Part shown: positions 25,682-36,284 of the stretch, one piece after another
Layout: every line of letters starts with the position of its first letter
Position numbering within the stretch: position 1 is the first letter of the stretch
IMG/VR virus record: IMGVR_UViG_3300033153_006956
Span: 1-53,997 of that record
Length of the DNA: 53,997 bases
Origin: a virus
Taxonomy: Duplodnaviria; Caudoviricetes
Direction: 5' to 3' (one strand)
Notes under the pieces: generated by a model
What the model was told of the DNA's origin: nothing
The model's input: only the letters and a program-made list of their open reading frames with translations
Databases searched by the model: none
Made by a program: the position numbers and the translations under genes

Positions 25682-26773
25682 TTAACTCCTATACCATACA
25701 GGGGTCATTGCCTTTGAACCGCCGCCCCTCGCTGCCGCTTCTGATATTCCGTATTTATAACCAGCCTCCTCCATCCTAGCGTATTTTTGAGCTGGAGTTT
25801 CTGGAGCTGGGCCTCTCGCTGCTATATTTGCTCTTATCTCTGCATTTCTTGACGCCACTAAATCACTAGCGAATGTCACCAACGGCATGACATCCATAGA
25901 GAACACCGGAGTCTGCACTATCCAATTAGCTATATTTTCCATCTCAGTACCTCTCATTTGCTCTATTGCAAGATTGAACTGACTCAACTGCATATCATAA
26001 GCGTCATTTGCCTGGGACAGATACCGCAGTGTCTCAACGTGTTGCTGTTCCTGGAAACTCTTATACATATCTTCTTTCCATTGAAGTTCATTACTGGCGT
26101 TCATATATGTCAGACTCTGCTGCTCGGCCAACTGCCGGTAGCTGGTCTCAATCTGGCTCTGTGTAGTAGAGAGAGTTTGTGCCTTCTTCGCTTGGAACTG
26201 TTGGTATTCTTTACTATCAACACCATATTTCTGAACAACCTGGTCTTCATATTCACTCATCGACCCAATAACACCCTGTACAGCAGCGTTCATAGCGTGA
26301 GCTTTCGCAAAATCTCTTCCCTGAGAGATTTCTGCATTTATACTATCGAGCCTATTTAGAGCCTGTCTAGTCCGCAGTTCCGCCGACTGCACATATTCCC
26401 CAGCTTTCTCTGCCGCCGCCCCCCACGCCTCAGAAGCCTTTTGCCGTCTCCCCATGGCCTCCGTCTGTAGCTCAGCCAGTCTCCGCATAGTAGCCTCAGT
26501 TCCAGCACCTTTCAGTGCCAGAGCTTGTGCCGCCTTTGCCGCCTCTTGTTTTTTTGCAGCCGCTTGTGTTCCAAAACCTTTTATCGCCGCTTTAACTTCT
26601 GGCAACTGCTGCCCAGGAACATCGGCGGTACTTGGAATTGGCACTTGTTTAGTCTTTTCCGCTATATCTTTAACAGCTTCCCGAAACACATCATACTTAA
26701 AAGGGTCTTCCCCCTGTCCCAGTGTTGAGGGGTCTTTCAAAAACATACCTGGACTTGTCGTAATATCTGGCAT
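25682..26773 (-). CDS. Internal virion protein, Ala/Gln-rich coiled-coil
   Basis: Position and composition. Confidence 0.5.
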   Translation of the reverse strand: MPDITTSPGMFLKDPSTLGQGEDPFKYDVFREAVKDIAEKTKQVPIPSTADVPGQQLPEVKAAIKGFGTQAAAKKQEAAKAAQALALKGAGTEATMRRLAELQTEAMGRRQKASEAWGAAAEKAGEYVQSAELRTRQALNRLDSINAEISQGRDFAKAHAMNAAVQGVIGSMSEYEDQVVQKYGVDSKEYQQFQAKKAQTLSTTQSQIETSYRQLAEQQSLTYMNASNELQWKEDMYKSFQEQQHVETLRYLSQANDAYDMQLSQFNLAIEQMRGTEMENIANWIVQTPVFSMDVMPLVTFASDLVASRNAEIRANIAARGPAPETPAQKYARMEEAGYKYGISEAAARGGGSKAMTPVWYRS

Positions 26774-26830
26774 TATATTATTCCTTTCCCCTTTATTATA
26801 CCATCAATCACTCTCTTTGTCAATTACGAA

Positions 26831-29449
26831 TTAGCTTGTTGCTGCATATCTACTATACCCTATTGTTACCGGAATCTCAATAGCGGTAAGTTCAAAACTT
26901 GTCCCACAGCTAATTTGTTCTATATATGGCTCAACCGTAATACCGTCTGCAACAATAACCCCTGCATCTGCCGCTGGGTTTTCACTTATCGCAAGAGTCT
27001 CATCCGTGCTGGCCTCAAGACTCGTGCCGCCATTTCGGTATGCCCCAATTCTCCAATACCCGTTGGCGTTGCCGGAAACCCCACTGGTGTTGACAACCTT
27101 GACGACCATCCCCTTCATAGTCCATCGGCGGAATTTCGAGACCATCCCCTCTATTTGCAGGGGCCACATTCTGGCACTAAAAGGAACTGGACTAATCGAA
27201 TATCTATCCCCTGCCGCAATCGCTGACCCGAAAGCTGACACAGTCAAATCCCCAGATGCTACCCCAGTAATTTCTCTGGCAGTCCCAGCATTATCCCCTG
27301 TTGTCATATACACCATCGCCCCTACCATATCAGCGTGGAAGGTGGCAGACGCATCGAGGATATGAGTTCCACCAGACGAGGCGGTATCAACAACCCCATC
27401 CAGTGTGAGTCCTGTACTTAATCCCCACATTGTCCCAGTACCAGTTTCTGTGTCATCAGGACGCACGATAAGCCCAGTAGCCGTAATGAAGTAAGCCCGT
27501 GTTTTTTTGCCGGTTGTAATATCCGGAGTTTGTGAACACGCCACAAAGTTGGCCCCCTCAATCATAGTAACCATTTGGGTGGCGTGCCATACCACCAGCA
27601 TTTCCTTCTGAGTTACATTTAGGAAGAACGAAGCATCGAGTTGAGAATCATAGGCACTCTGGATATCGGCCAGCTCATCCCTCCACTCGATAGATAACAC
27701 ACGATTAGCCGCCGAGATTTGTCCCATACTCCCATTGGTGGCATTAAGTACCATTAGATTGCTGCCAGTAATCATAAGGATACTATTACCGACCGCGTGT
27801 GCCGCTGCCTTACCAACCAGCCCACGATTTTCGTGAAGTACAGTATATACCAACGGCTGTTTATCAACAGACTTGAAGACGTGAACAACAGCATTTGGCT
27901 CCAGGATAAACATAGAGTCCCCCGCGGTTATATATCGTAGTGGTCTTCCCTCTTCTGCACAGCCGGTTCGTTTGTTGTAGGTCGTGAAATATTCCGCCGA
28001 CACGTGTTCTGGACTGCTGTTCAGGGTATCATATCCACCATCTGTGCTGCTGGCCTGTGCCATAAACGTTAATCCCTGATACCGCCCTATCGTTCCAGAC
28101 TGTGGAGGAGCACTGACAATATCTTTTTCTGGGTCAAACATCCGCTGGAATGGCAGAGCTTCATCCAACACAGTCCCGAGAGTGACCGTCAGTGGTGCAT
28201 CCCAAAGTCCTTCATTGGCTGGCATATCCAACGTTTGTTCTTTATAGTAAACCGCTCCACCACTGGTTATAGCGTCCCCCAAATCAATAGTCCTGAATAC
28301 TTCCACCTTATCGAACAGGGCATTAAATCCTGCAAATGTGCTTGACCCGACACTCAGCACAGCATCATCAGCAGGGAAATTCAAAACAGCCTTGCAGTGT
28401 TCCTCCGGCTCTGTTGTACTTTCTCCACCACCTGTCAAATAAGCACCACTAAGGGAAAAATCACTACCCGTTTCACTTACGGCGAGGCCATATGCATTTC
28501 CAGCAGAGCCTCGTGTTATGGCCTCTAAAAGTACAGTAGTTGACCCAGCTCTTGCTGAGACTGTTGCCGATGAATCCCCGTTAATAGCATCGGCCAATGC
28601 TATACAGTGGGCGGCGACCGTAGCAGACCCCGCCGCCGAGATTGTAACATCTGAACCACTATCAATATACTCATAAGTTCTACCCCCGATAGTAAACACA
28701 TCACCAGCTACCATTAGACCGTTATCTGCACCACCAGAGTCAAATGTAATTGTTCCAGTAGCCTTAGTGGTTTTCATTATGTCCAATGACACCACTAATG
28801 GGGCGCTCAACGCTGAATAAATCCCTCTTGTGGAATCATAAAACCTCCAAGCTACTCTATATTTCCCATTCCCCCGAAGTTGATAACTGGAATCTACACT
28901 CTTAGTGTCTGGGTCAGTTAGGGCAGTCAACTCTTCATCATAGACACCAGGGCCGGAACTCACACAAGTTAGAGAAGACCCATTCCAATAAACTGTCTTG
29001 GTTGCCTTCCCATCCACAGCAATCATCAAGTATCCGCCATCTACTGCACAACTCATCTCAGTCGTACTGGTAATTCCACTTCCCGACTGTGCCCATATTT
29101 CAATAGGAGTCTCCCAGGTAGCCCCATTATCATCTGTATAAAATAAATCTACTGCCTCATTATCATTATCATCCCCTTCATCCCATCGCACCACAAATCC
29201 ACGATACACGGTTGACGTCCCTCGTTTCTGGAATGTAACAGCCTGCATAAAAGAAGGGTCATTTATATCATCTAAGTCCACAACTTCAGTCATCCCATAA
29301 AACTTATGGAGTCCCCCCAAGAACCGACCGTCCACGCCAACCAACCGACCAAACTTACCGGCAGGGACTTCCACAGACGGCACACTCGTGTCCATCATAG
29401 GGGCTTTAATATAGTATGGTACAATGTCAATCGAACTTGGCGCTGGCAT
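26831..29449 (-). CDS. Tail nozzle/tubular protein B-like (beta-propeller)
   Basis: 872 aa, beta-rich, Asp-box-like YTDDNGATW; precedes the ejection proteins. Confidence 0.55.
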   Translation of the reverse strand: MPAPSSIDIVPYYIKAPMMDTSVPSVEVPAGKFGRLVGVDGRFLGGLHKFYGMTEVVDLDDINDPSFMQAVTFQKRGTSTVYRGFVVRWDEGDDNDNEAVDLFYTDDNGATWETPIEIWAQSGSGITSTTEMSCAVDGGYLMIAVDGKATKTVYWNGSSLTCVSSGPGVYDEELTALTDPDTKSVDSSYQLRGNGKYRVAWRFYDSTRGIYSALSAPLVVSLDIMKTTKATGTITFDSGGADNGLMVAGDVFTIGGRTYEYIDSGSDVTISAAGSATVAAHCIALADAINGDSSATVSARAGSTTVLLEAITRGSAGNAYGLAVSETGSDFSLSGAYLTGGGESTTEPEEHCKAVLNFPADDAVLSVGSSTFAGFNALFDKVEVFRTIDLGDAITSGGAVYYKEQTLDMPANEGLWDAPLTVTLGTVLDEALPFQRMFDPEKDIVSAPPQSGTIGRYQGLTFMAQASSTDGGYDTLNSSPEHVSAEYFTTYNKRTGCAEEGRPLRYITAGDSMFILEPNAVVHVFKSVDKQPLVYTVLHENRGLVGKAAAHAVGNSILMITGSNLMVLNATNGSMGQISAANRVLSIEWRDELADIQSAYDSQLDASFFLNVTQKEMLVVWHATQMVTMIEGANFVACSQTPDITTGKKTRAYFITATGLIVRPDDTETGTGTMWGLSTGLTLDGVVDTASSGGTHILDASATFHADMVGAMVYMTTGDNAGTAREITGVASGDLTVSAFGSAIAAGDRYSISPVPFSARMWPLQIEGMVSKFRRWTMKGMVVKVVNTSGVSGNANGYWRIGAYRNGGTSLEASTDETLAISENPAADAGVIVADGITVEPYIEQISCGTSFELTAIEIPVTIGYSRYAATS

Positions 29450-29646
29450 TATTTGTTTTTCTCCTTTATTCCTGGGAGTTCACCAGAAATTTGTATTTTA
29501 TGGGTAATATCTATATCTTTGCTGCTATTCGACTCTACCGCCATTATCTTAATCCCTTTTTTTATTTTGTCAGCGAAAGTTTGTTTGGTTGTATAACCAC
29601 TCCGGAGAATATTACCACTATCATCATATTCTATATAATATGGCAT
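29449..29646 (-). CDS. Small tail-associated hypothetical protein
   Basis: Coupled to the tail fibre gene. Confidence 0.5.
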   Translation of the reverse strand: MPYYIEYDDSGNILRSGYTTKQTFADKIKKGIKIMAVESNSSKDIDITHKIQISGELPGIKEKNK

Positions 29647-31535
29647 TATTTACCCTTTGATTCATCCGCTGACATACTACGAAATTTTGCGTCTATAGCA
29701 TCACTAGCAACAGTATCATATTCTGCCTTAAGATAGTATGTAACAGACCCAGCGGGTGGAAAATGTACTGCACTTATAGATGACCCCCATTCTGCATCAG
29801 GGGAATAATTGAAAGTTCCATCCCACTGAGCTATAAGAGTTGACCCATAATACAAATATAAATGTACTCCAGTACTGCTAGTGGTTGAACTAGTATAATG
29901 CCACATCATAGAACCAAATATTTGAGTCATGCCACCCAAACTTGTATATGTGAGTGTCTGAACAGTAACCTCAGTTTGAACTTGTAAATTTATACTACCA
30001 GCGGTATAAGCAGTTTCGTAAACTTTAGTAGCATCATCAGCTATTTTTTCAGTTTCCACCGCTAATCCATTTATTTTTTCTGTGGTAATACTCAGAGCGT
30101 TTAAATGAACTGTATCAATCGTATCGGCCTCTATAATCCCACCGTGCATAATTTTGTTGCCTGCTGCTGGATAAGGAGTCCCGCCGTCATTGTAACACAT
30201 CGCCCATTTATCAGCACCCAAAATATCTGCTAGAGTATTGGTGGTTTTGAATGTGGTATTTGAGCTGTCCAAATCCCAGTAGATGTACTTGTTAGTATCG
30301 CCGGTTATCTCGGATGCTATTGTGTATTCTATTCCCTTGTACCGGAGAACCCCAGTCGTCCACAATACCTTAGCCGTACCAGCACCCGAAACATCTTCAG
30401 TTCCACTACCATAGCTCCATAGTTTTGTTATATTTGCTGCCGAAAGCTCTTCTCCCACTATCCCCACGTTATCAATTTTATTCGCAAAGTGCAGTGTCGG
30501 TACTGTTGTACCAGTTGTAGTATAAATCGCCCCAATTAAAAGACCTATGGCCGTATCCCTCATTTGTGTATATGTTCCAGTAGCCCCGACAGTGGAATTA
30601 ACAGCCGACCCATCCACATAGAGAGTTATTCCAGTCGCCGCATTAGTTCCCCCTGTACTATCATATGTTGCAACCACAAGATGCCAACCCTCAGACAGGG
30701 CGGCATCTGTTGTTCTCCAGCGCCCTCCGCCATCTGTTTCATCAATAAGACTCATCCGCAACTTCCCGTCTACAGTAAGATAAAGTGCCCACTCTCTTAT
30801 ACTATTTTGATTTGATTTACTCAAGATGTACTGACGAGTTCCAGGAGTTGAAGTTACATAAATCCACGCCCATATACTAAACGGATTAGAGCCAGAGTCA
30901 TCAAAACTCAAAGCGGCATCATCGTCAACCGCCACTGAATATTGTCCGTCCAAGTCAAAACAAGTATTAGTTTTTCCAGTCGCAGTTAAGTTTGAGGCAT
31001 CAGTGGATGATGTTCCATCCAAACCAGCAGTCCCCTCAGCGTTATCTACTGTCGTACCAGTAGTCTCATTCAACAACCAGTGAGCTACAAGATTCGCCGA
31101 TATGTCCAGTTGACCCCCCTGATGAAATATAATGCCGTCCGTGACTGGTATATCGGAAGTCAACACGGAGCTTGGCGTTGCAGCCCCGCCTACATAGTTT
31201 GTAATCCCGACCCCAGGTGGCCCAGGCGGCCCTGGAACCCCCTGTGGCCCAACTAATCCCTCGAAGTTATAATTATAATTGATATTCCCCGCTGGTAGTA
31301 CAGAGTTGACAAGTGCTGCTATTTGTTGGGTCTCCGAGGGTTCAACCCCTGCAAATATGCTGGCCGTATTATTCAACATACTCTCCCGAATAGTTGCACC
31401 TCCGCCCCACGGAACTACATATCCAAGTCCCCCGTAAAAAGTTGGCTTATCTATGGCCGGTATAAATTCTCCGGTCAGCCTCGGCATAAGAGCAACATTC
31501 GCCGCCTCGCCAGATTGTGCTATTACTTCTGCCAT
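29646..31535 (-). CDS. Tail fibre with a collagen-like segment and a LamG/ConA-like domain
   Basis: GPQGVPGPPGPPG; LVAHWLLNE...WHLVVATYD...IDNV; ITTEKI-type repeats. Confidence 0.75.
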   Translation of the reverse strand: MAEVIAQSGEAANVALMPRLTGEFIPAIDKPTFYGGLGYVVPWGGGATIRESMLNNTASIFAGVEPSETQQIAALVNSVLPAGNINYNYNFEGLVGPQGVPGPPGPPGVGITNYVGGAATPSSVLTSDIPVTDGIIFHQGGQLDISANLVAHWLLNETTGTTVDNAEGTAGLDGTSSTDASNLTATGKTNTCFDLDGQYSVAVDDDAALSFDDSGSNPFSIWAWIYVTSTPGTRQYILSKSNQNSIREWALYLTVDGKLRMSLIDETDGGGRWRTTDAALSEGWHLVVATYDSTGGTNAATGITLYVDGSAVNSTVGATGTYTQMRDTAIGLLIGAIYTTTGTTVPTLHFANKIDNVGIVGEELSAANITKLWSYGSGTEDVSGAGTAKVLWTTGVLRYKGIEYTIASEITGDTNKYIYWDLDSSNTTFKTTNTLADILGADKWAMCYNDGGTPYPAAGNKIMHGGIIEADTIDTVHLNALSITTEKINGLAVETEKIADDATKVYETAYTAGSINLQVQTEVTVQTLTYTSLGGMTQIFGSMMWHYTSSTTSSTGVHLYLYYGSTLIAQWDGTFNYSPDAEWGSSISAVHFPPAGSVTYYLKAEYDTVASDAIDAKFRSMSADESKGK

Positions 31536-31801
31536 TTATTTTCCTTCAACCAACGCCATAAAAATTTAGCAGCATCAATAGTTGCAGGGGTTCCATCCTT
31601 AAAGTGCATACACGAATCGCAAAAGCCAGAAGCCTCCAGTGATTCGTGGAACGCTGAGTGGAAAGCCCTAAAATCATTTCCTGTCAAAATTGCCATTTCC
31701 AGCAATCCTCCGGCTTTTTCAATAACATCGGTGGCTCCATCAATAGCATCCACAAAATCTATTTTGTACTTTGTCCCATTAAAAGAGTGAGTATGTATCA
31801 T
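31523..31801 (-). CDS. Hypothetical protein with an HExxE zincin-like motif
   Basis: AFHESLEA. Confidence 0.5.
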   Translation of the reverse strand: MIHTHSFNGTKYKIDFVDAIDGATDVIEKAGGLLEMAILTGNDFRAFHSAFHESLEASGFCDSCMHFKDGTPATIDAAKFLWRWLKENKWQK

Positions 31802-31803
31802 TC

Positions 31804-32712
31804 TTAATACCTCCGATTGTCGAAGTTGTCTCCATGCAGATGAGTTGCGTCCTGTACGTTGCTGTAATAGGCAGAGAGACGAACATGGCGAATTGCTTCC
31901 GCGTATGCTTTTTCGATATTAGCAGCACGACCAAGACCCTCAATCTGGGCGATAGTCTTTGCGGCGTGTAGAGCGACCACCATATCTAATCCCTTGTGGA
32001 TTGCAGGGGCTATTTCGTAGATAATCTCGCCATCATCAGTAGTTGGAACTGTGGTGAGTGCCGGAGTTAATGTAGCTGCTCGTGTGGCATTGTTGTAGGC
32101 TGATATAGTTCTTTCCTGCTGGTAGTTTCCTGTTACCGTAGTCCCTATCACATTCACAATCCTGAATGTACATCCGACATAAGCATCGTGATGAGTATCC
32201 AAAGTACCAACAGTCGGGGTAGCCCCAAAAGTTGCGATAGTCCCACCAGCATTTAGAGTACATTCCCCGTGATGAAGTCTGGCGATGCCGGCTGGTGTGT
32301 ATTCTACTGTTAATTCAGCGCCGAGACTTAAAAATCCGGTACTCTGGAATCTAATTACATTTCCTTCAACCCAGAGAAATCTACCAAGTGGGTTATACTG
32401 ACCACGAGAGGAATAAAATATTCTCCCCCCGCCAGAAGTCCCTTCGTAGATGGCTTCTATCGACCCTACCGTATAAGGCAGGATATACTCGGTTGTTCCA
32501 GAGGCAAGAGTAATAGTAACACGGCCAACAGCAGGTGTTAAAGCATTGCGATTTTTTTCACCAAGCACCAAAATATACGAAAGTTCAATTTGCTTAATGA
32601 GGTCAGCATCGCTGTATTTTGCTTTAACTGTTGGCTCATCAATATGTTTTCTAATATCCGCCAATGCACGGGTTAAGAATGAATCAGCGTAATCTGTTGC
32701 CGTTATTGCCAT
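31804..32712 (-). CDS. Head-tail adaptor / tail tubular protein A-like
   Basis: IR..IDEP...YSDADL and TLASGTTEYILP pattern; position. Confidence 0.6.
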   Translation of the reverse strand: MAITATDYADSFLTRALADIRKHIDEPTVKAKYSDADLIKQIELSYILVLGEKNRNALTPAVGRVTITLASGTTEYILPYTVGSIEAIYEGTSGGGRIFYSSRGQYNPLGRFLWVEGNVIRFQSTGFLSLGAELTVEYTPAGIARLHHGECTLNAGGTIATFGATPTVGTLDTHHDAYVGCTFRIVNVIGTTVTGNYQQERTISAYNNATRAATLTPALTTVPTTDDGEIIYEIAPAIHKGLDMVVALHAAKTIAQIEGLGRAANIEKAYAEAIRHVRLSAYYSNVQDATHLHGDNFDNRRY

Positions 32713-32885
32713 TAGTTTTCTCCTTTATCCCCGATTTTGTTAAGAGTTTCTTTTATCGCGTATAGAATATTACTAACGGCTATCTCTTTCTCAAATGCCT
32801 CTGTGTCCATTTTCTTCTTTCTGATTAGAAGTTCGGCTTCAGTCTCTAGTAAAAATCTATATAGCGATTTATATTTTTTGCTCAT
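32712..32885 (-). CDS. 57-aa hypothetical protein
   Basis: Manual translation (MSKKYKSLYRF...); fills the gap with coupled start and stop. Confidence 0.55.
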   Translation of the reverse strand: MSKKYKSLYRFLLETEAELLIRKKKMDTEAFEKEIAVSNILYAIKETLNKIGDKGEN

Positions 32886-33049
32886 GATAATTTCGTTAAT
32901 GCAATTATTAAAGCTATAATTGCGGAACCGGCAACCGACCAGGCGAACAGAGTATACTTAAAATGATGGGTAAGATGGTTACTCAGTGATTTCTTTATCC
33001 AGCAAACATCGGTTTCTATTTTAATTATCTTCTCTATTATTTCACTCAT
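32882..33049 (-). CDS. 55-aa membrane protein, XhlA/holin-like
   Basis: Manual translation: coiled IETDVCWIK..L.NHL.H followed by a C-terminal TM. Confidence 0.5.
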   Translation of the reverse strand: MSEIIEKIIKIETDVCWIKKSLSNHLTHHFKYTLFAWSVAGSAIIALIIALTKLS

Positions 33050-33052
33050 TTT

Positions 33053-33424
33053 TTACACCTTTTTTACACTCTCTAAAGACTCAATAGATTTGAAAATTGG
33101 TAAACTAATTTCGTATGCGTAAATTATGGCGATTGGATAAGTTGTTGGCCTCCCGCTTAATTTCCAGTTACCATCAGCATCCATTGTAGTAGTAACAATT
33201 TTTCCCCTCTTGGTTACTGGACTTTCGCAGGTCGGCTTCCCATTCTCGGAAATTTTGCTAACCAACGCATCGATTTTTTCACCCCAGCTGTCGAGAACAA
33301 TTTTTGCTCCCTTCGGTGGTTCAACTCTCCCTTTTGTTCCGCTATCAACTCTGGCAAAGAACGTGGCTCTGACATTTTTCTTCTCCTGATTTTCCTTGTT
33401 TTCAGTATAAGCGTATCTGCTCAC
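33053..33424 (-). CDS. Hypothetical virion-region protein
   Basis: ORF track, coupled. Confidence 0.55.
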   Translation of the reverse strand: MSRYAYTENKENQEKKNVRATFFARVDSGTKGRVEPPKGAKIVLDSWGEKIDALVSKISENGKPTCESPVTKRGKIVTTTMDADGNWKLSGRPTTYPIAIIYAYEISLPIFKSIESLESVKKV

Positions 33425-33648
33425 AATCTACCTCTCACTTTCCGATGGGGGAATTTCCATCTACCCCTTGTTGCCAATCTGAACCAAGCATGGTCGAACA
33501 AGCTCATAGCTATTAAGTTCCCACAGTACACACTAGCTACCTGCATCCGTGCCTTTTGGTCTATATCACCGCCCACAAGCGGCATCTTTGGCATCCAGGG
33601 GAATATAGCCTGCACACTAAATCTATTTGTTTTACTCTCAAACGCCAT
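33421..33648 (-). CDS. Hypothetical virion-region protein
   Basis: ORF track, coupled. Confidence 0.55.
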   Translation of the reverse strand: MAFESKTNRFSVQAIFPWMPKMPLVGGDIDQKARMQVASVYCGNLIAMSLFDHAWFRLATRGRWKFPHRKVRGRL

Positions 33649-34223
33649 TAGTCTGCCGCTCCGAATTTACCTTTCGTGAACAAATTACCATCATCTGATA
33701 TATCCGCCTCACAGAGTTTTTCGCTCCCATCATCTCGATAGATTATCAACTCGCTGTTCGTTTTATCCGTGACAGTTTTATTTCTCAAGGCCTCGTACAG
33801 ATAATTTATTGCTTTAAGAACACTGCAATCCTTACCCATATCACCAGCCGCCAAATCACTCATTGGTTCTGCCCACATCTCATCAACAGTTGCCGCTATT
33901 GACACCTCCGTGGACCCGTCCCATCGTAGTTCACCGTGAGCAATACAAGTATCATTATCAGCATGGGGGGAACCACCCGCCTGCTTAAAAATAGTTACTC
34001 TATAAATTCCTGCTGTAGTTATCGCCGCAGGAAAATCTACAGAGTAATAATTTCCATCGTGGTCTGTCATTGGAACATCATAATTATCCACATTGGAATC
34101 ATTCCACACTTCCCAAGTATCGCCACCATCAACATTATCAAAGACCTTATCATCTGTTTTTCTGTGTATGATAGCATATAGCGTACTGCCTTCATCAAAA
34201 TTATGATAAATTTCATTCGCCAT
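33648..34223 (-). CDS. Virion structural protein (Ig-like candidate)
   Basis: Beta-rich, G.Y pattern; position. Confidence 0.55.
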   Translation of the reverse strand: MANEIYHNFDEGSTLYAIIHRKTDDKVFDNVDGGDTWEVWNDSNVDNYDVPMTDHDGNYYSVDFPAAITTAGIYRVTIFKQAGGSPHADNDTCIAHGELRWDGSTEVSIAATVDEMWAEPMSDLAAGDMGKDCSVLKAINYLYEALRNKTVTDKTNSELIIYRDDGSEKLCEADISDDGNLFTKGKFGAAD

Positions 34224-34416
34224 CGATTGATTTTTTCTCCCCCACTTTTTCTTGTTTCTTCTGTTGCTTCTCCTGTTGCTTCTCCTGTTGCTCCTCTTGT
34301 TGTTTTATAATTTTACTTTTGACAATTTCCATCTGTTGATTAACACGCTGTAGGTTACCAACATGGATTTCCCTCTCCAGTTGTAACTTACCATATTGTT
34401 CCAAAAGTTTTTCCAT
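34213..34416 (-). CDS. Small coiled-coil protein with QQEK repeats
   Basis: ORF track. Confidence 0.55.
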   Translation of the reverse strand: MEKLLEQYGKLQLEREIHVGNLQRVNQQMEIVKSKIIKQQEEQQEKQQEKQQKKQEKVGEKKSIDGE

Positions 34417-34420
34417 TTTT

Positions 34421-34621
34421 CTATCCCTTAAAAGTATCTATCTGTGTTAAATAATCATCAATCTTTTCCAATCCCGCAACGATGGGGTCAATAAACATCG
34501 CCTGAGACCTTGCCAGGTCTTTCTCGTACTTCTTCTTTTTAGCTAATAGTTCTTCGCGAGTAAAATTATCAACCTTAGTGGTTGTAATTTCTATATGGTC
34601 TTTGTCAATTACTTTTATCAT
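34421..34621 (-). CDS. Small tail-fibre-associated protein
   Basis: ORF track; follows the fibre gene. Confidence 0.55.
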   Translation of the reverse strand: MIKVIDKDHIEITTTKVDNFTREELLAKKKKYEKDLARSQAMFIDPIVAGLEKIDDYLTQIDTFKG

Positions 34622-34631
34622 AATTTTATCC

Positions 34632-36284
34632 TTATGTTCCCCCTATTTGAATTACACTTATATTGGCACTGCCTATTGTCAAATCTACATCCCCGCCATT
34701 ATCGTGTCTAACTCTAAAATCTATATCTTTGGTTGCCGCAACGTCAAGCAGCCCAACAATGCTCGAAGAACAATTTTTATCCGCCGCAACAAATTCAATT
34801 TTACATCTGCAATTATTCTGTATTGTCCCGTCAACAAATATTGCTCCTTCAAATTCAACATTAGCCGTGTCTGATTTTCCATCAAAATGAGCTGAAATTT
34901 TATAGATGCCTGCCTTTGTTATTGTGATTTTAGTATTTGCTCCATCAGCCGTGCAGTTATTAGCCGCTCCATTCGTAGCAGTTCCAGTAAGTTTAGTATA
35001 AGTTGCTCCTGTTCCTATTGTTTGAGCAACGTCATTGTCGGAAATATATATTTCAGCAAAAGCAAGTCCGGCAGTTCCTGCAAAAATAACATCGCCGGTA
35101 GAACTTACCTGTAATTCGTTAGTACCGTCCCCAATTTTAGCAGCACCTGTAACGTCAAGAGCAACAGTTGGAGCGACATTAGAACCTATCCTGAAATCGC
35201 CTGCGTGAGAACTATCGCCGCCTGCTGAGTATATCGCCCAGTTTGCAGTAGCCCCAGTAATAGCTGGTAATTTCAATCCATAAGCAGCAGTTACTGGCAC
35301 GCCAGCAATTAAACTGAGAGCAACCCCTCTGAATAATGCTACATCTGAAAAAGTAGGCGGGGACGCAAAATGATTGGCTATAGAAATACTTGCTTTGAAT
35401 CCACTTGCCTCAGCACACGTACCTGTATATCCGCTATTGAGAGCGACTGCTATATCACCACTAACACCAGAAAGCTCGCTCACATTATCAGAAGATGACG
35501 CAAGTCTCGCCGCAAAACCCATACTTCTGTACTGCTGATTTGCAACAGACGGTTCGCCGGTTATATCTATCGACATACCTTGATAAGTTGATGTCAAGCC
35601 TGTTTGGCTATTTATAATACCAGCACTTGAATCAGGCGTTGTGTTTATGCCGAGATAGGCAAATTTACCTGTACCGGTTGTTAATAGATTTTCATTGCCA
35701 AAACTAATCGCACCTCCACTATCGGTAATCGAGCCATTGGCTAAGGTGAGAGTGCCTATGGTAGCACCACTATCAATGCCGTTTAGAGTACCGCCATTTA
35801 TGTCAAACGCCGAGCCTTCAATTTCATTCGCACCAGCCGTCAGTTTACCAGTAAGATTGAAAGCACCTATGTTGGTGGCTGTGAGGTTAGTTATGGCGGC
35901 GTTGGCCATAGCAGCAGTGTTTGTTGCACCTTCTAATTGCAAAGTGAGATTTGACACCTCACCAATTTGAGTAAAAAACTTTATGTCTTTGGCTGTATTT
36001 GTATTATAAAACGTAAGGTCATCAAAAACATCGAGGATACTATGGTTGTTTGTAGCAGCATCCACGCTGAAAGTAGAAGCAGTAACAGTGTCCGCCGTTA
36101 CAGCATTATCTTTCAGCAACACCCCATCGATGGTTACGCCGTTGCCGGCTCCTTCCTCGCTAATAGTGTCAGTAATAAAAGAATTAGCAGTAATACTAAA
36201 CGCACCGGCATCCCAATCGGCAGTTAGACCTTGACTACCGTCTCTTAATACAACTAAACCCCGTAATATTTCCTGCATATCCAT
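34632..36284 (-). CDS. Tail fibre/spike protein
   Basis: LTADWDAG, ITDSGGAISFGNENL and TNG-rich repeats; C1q-like C-terminus (ITITKAGIYKIS). Confidence 0.7.
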   Translation of the reverse strand: MDMQEILRGLVVLRDGSQGLTADWDAGAFSITANSFITDTISEEGAGNGVTIDGVLLKDNAVTADTVTASTFSVDAATNNHSILDVFDDLTFYNTNTAKDIKFFTQIGEVSNLTLQLEGATNTAAMANAAITNLTATNIGAFNLTGKLTAGANEIEGSAFDINGGTLNGIDSGATIGTLTLANGSITDSGGAISFGNENLLTTGTGKFAYLGINTTPDSSAGIINSQTGLTSTYQGMSIDITGEPSVANQQYRSMGFAARLASSSDNVSELSGVSGDIAVALNSGYTGTCAEASGFKASISIANHFASPPTFSDVALFRGVALSLIAGVPVTAAYGLKLPAITGATANWAIYSAGGDSSHAGDFRIGSNVAPTVALDVTGAAKIGDGTNELQVSSTGDVIFAGTAGLAFAEIYISDNDVAQTIGTGATYTKLTGTATNGAANNCTADGANTKITITKAGIYKISAHFDGKSDTANVEFEGAIFVDGTIQNNCRCKIEFVAADKNCSSSIVGLLDVAATKDIDFRVRHDNGGDVDLTIGSANISVIQIGGT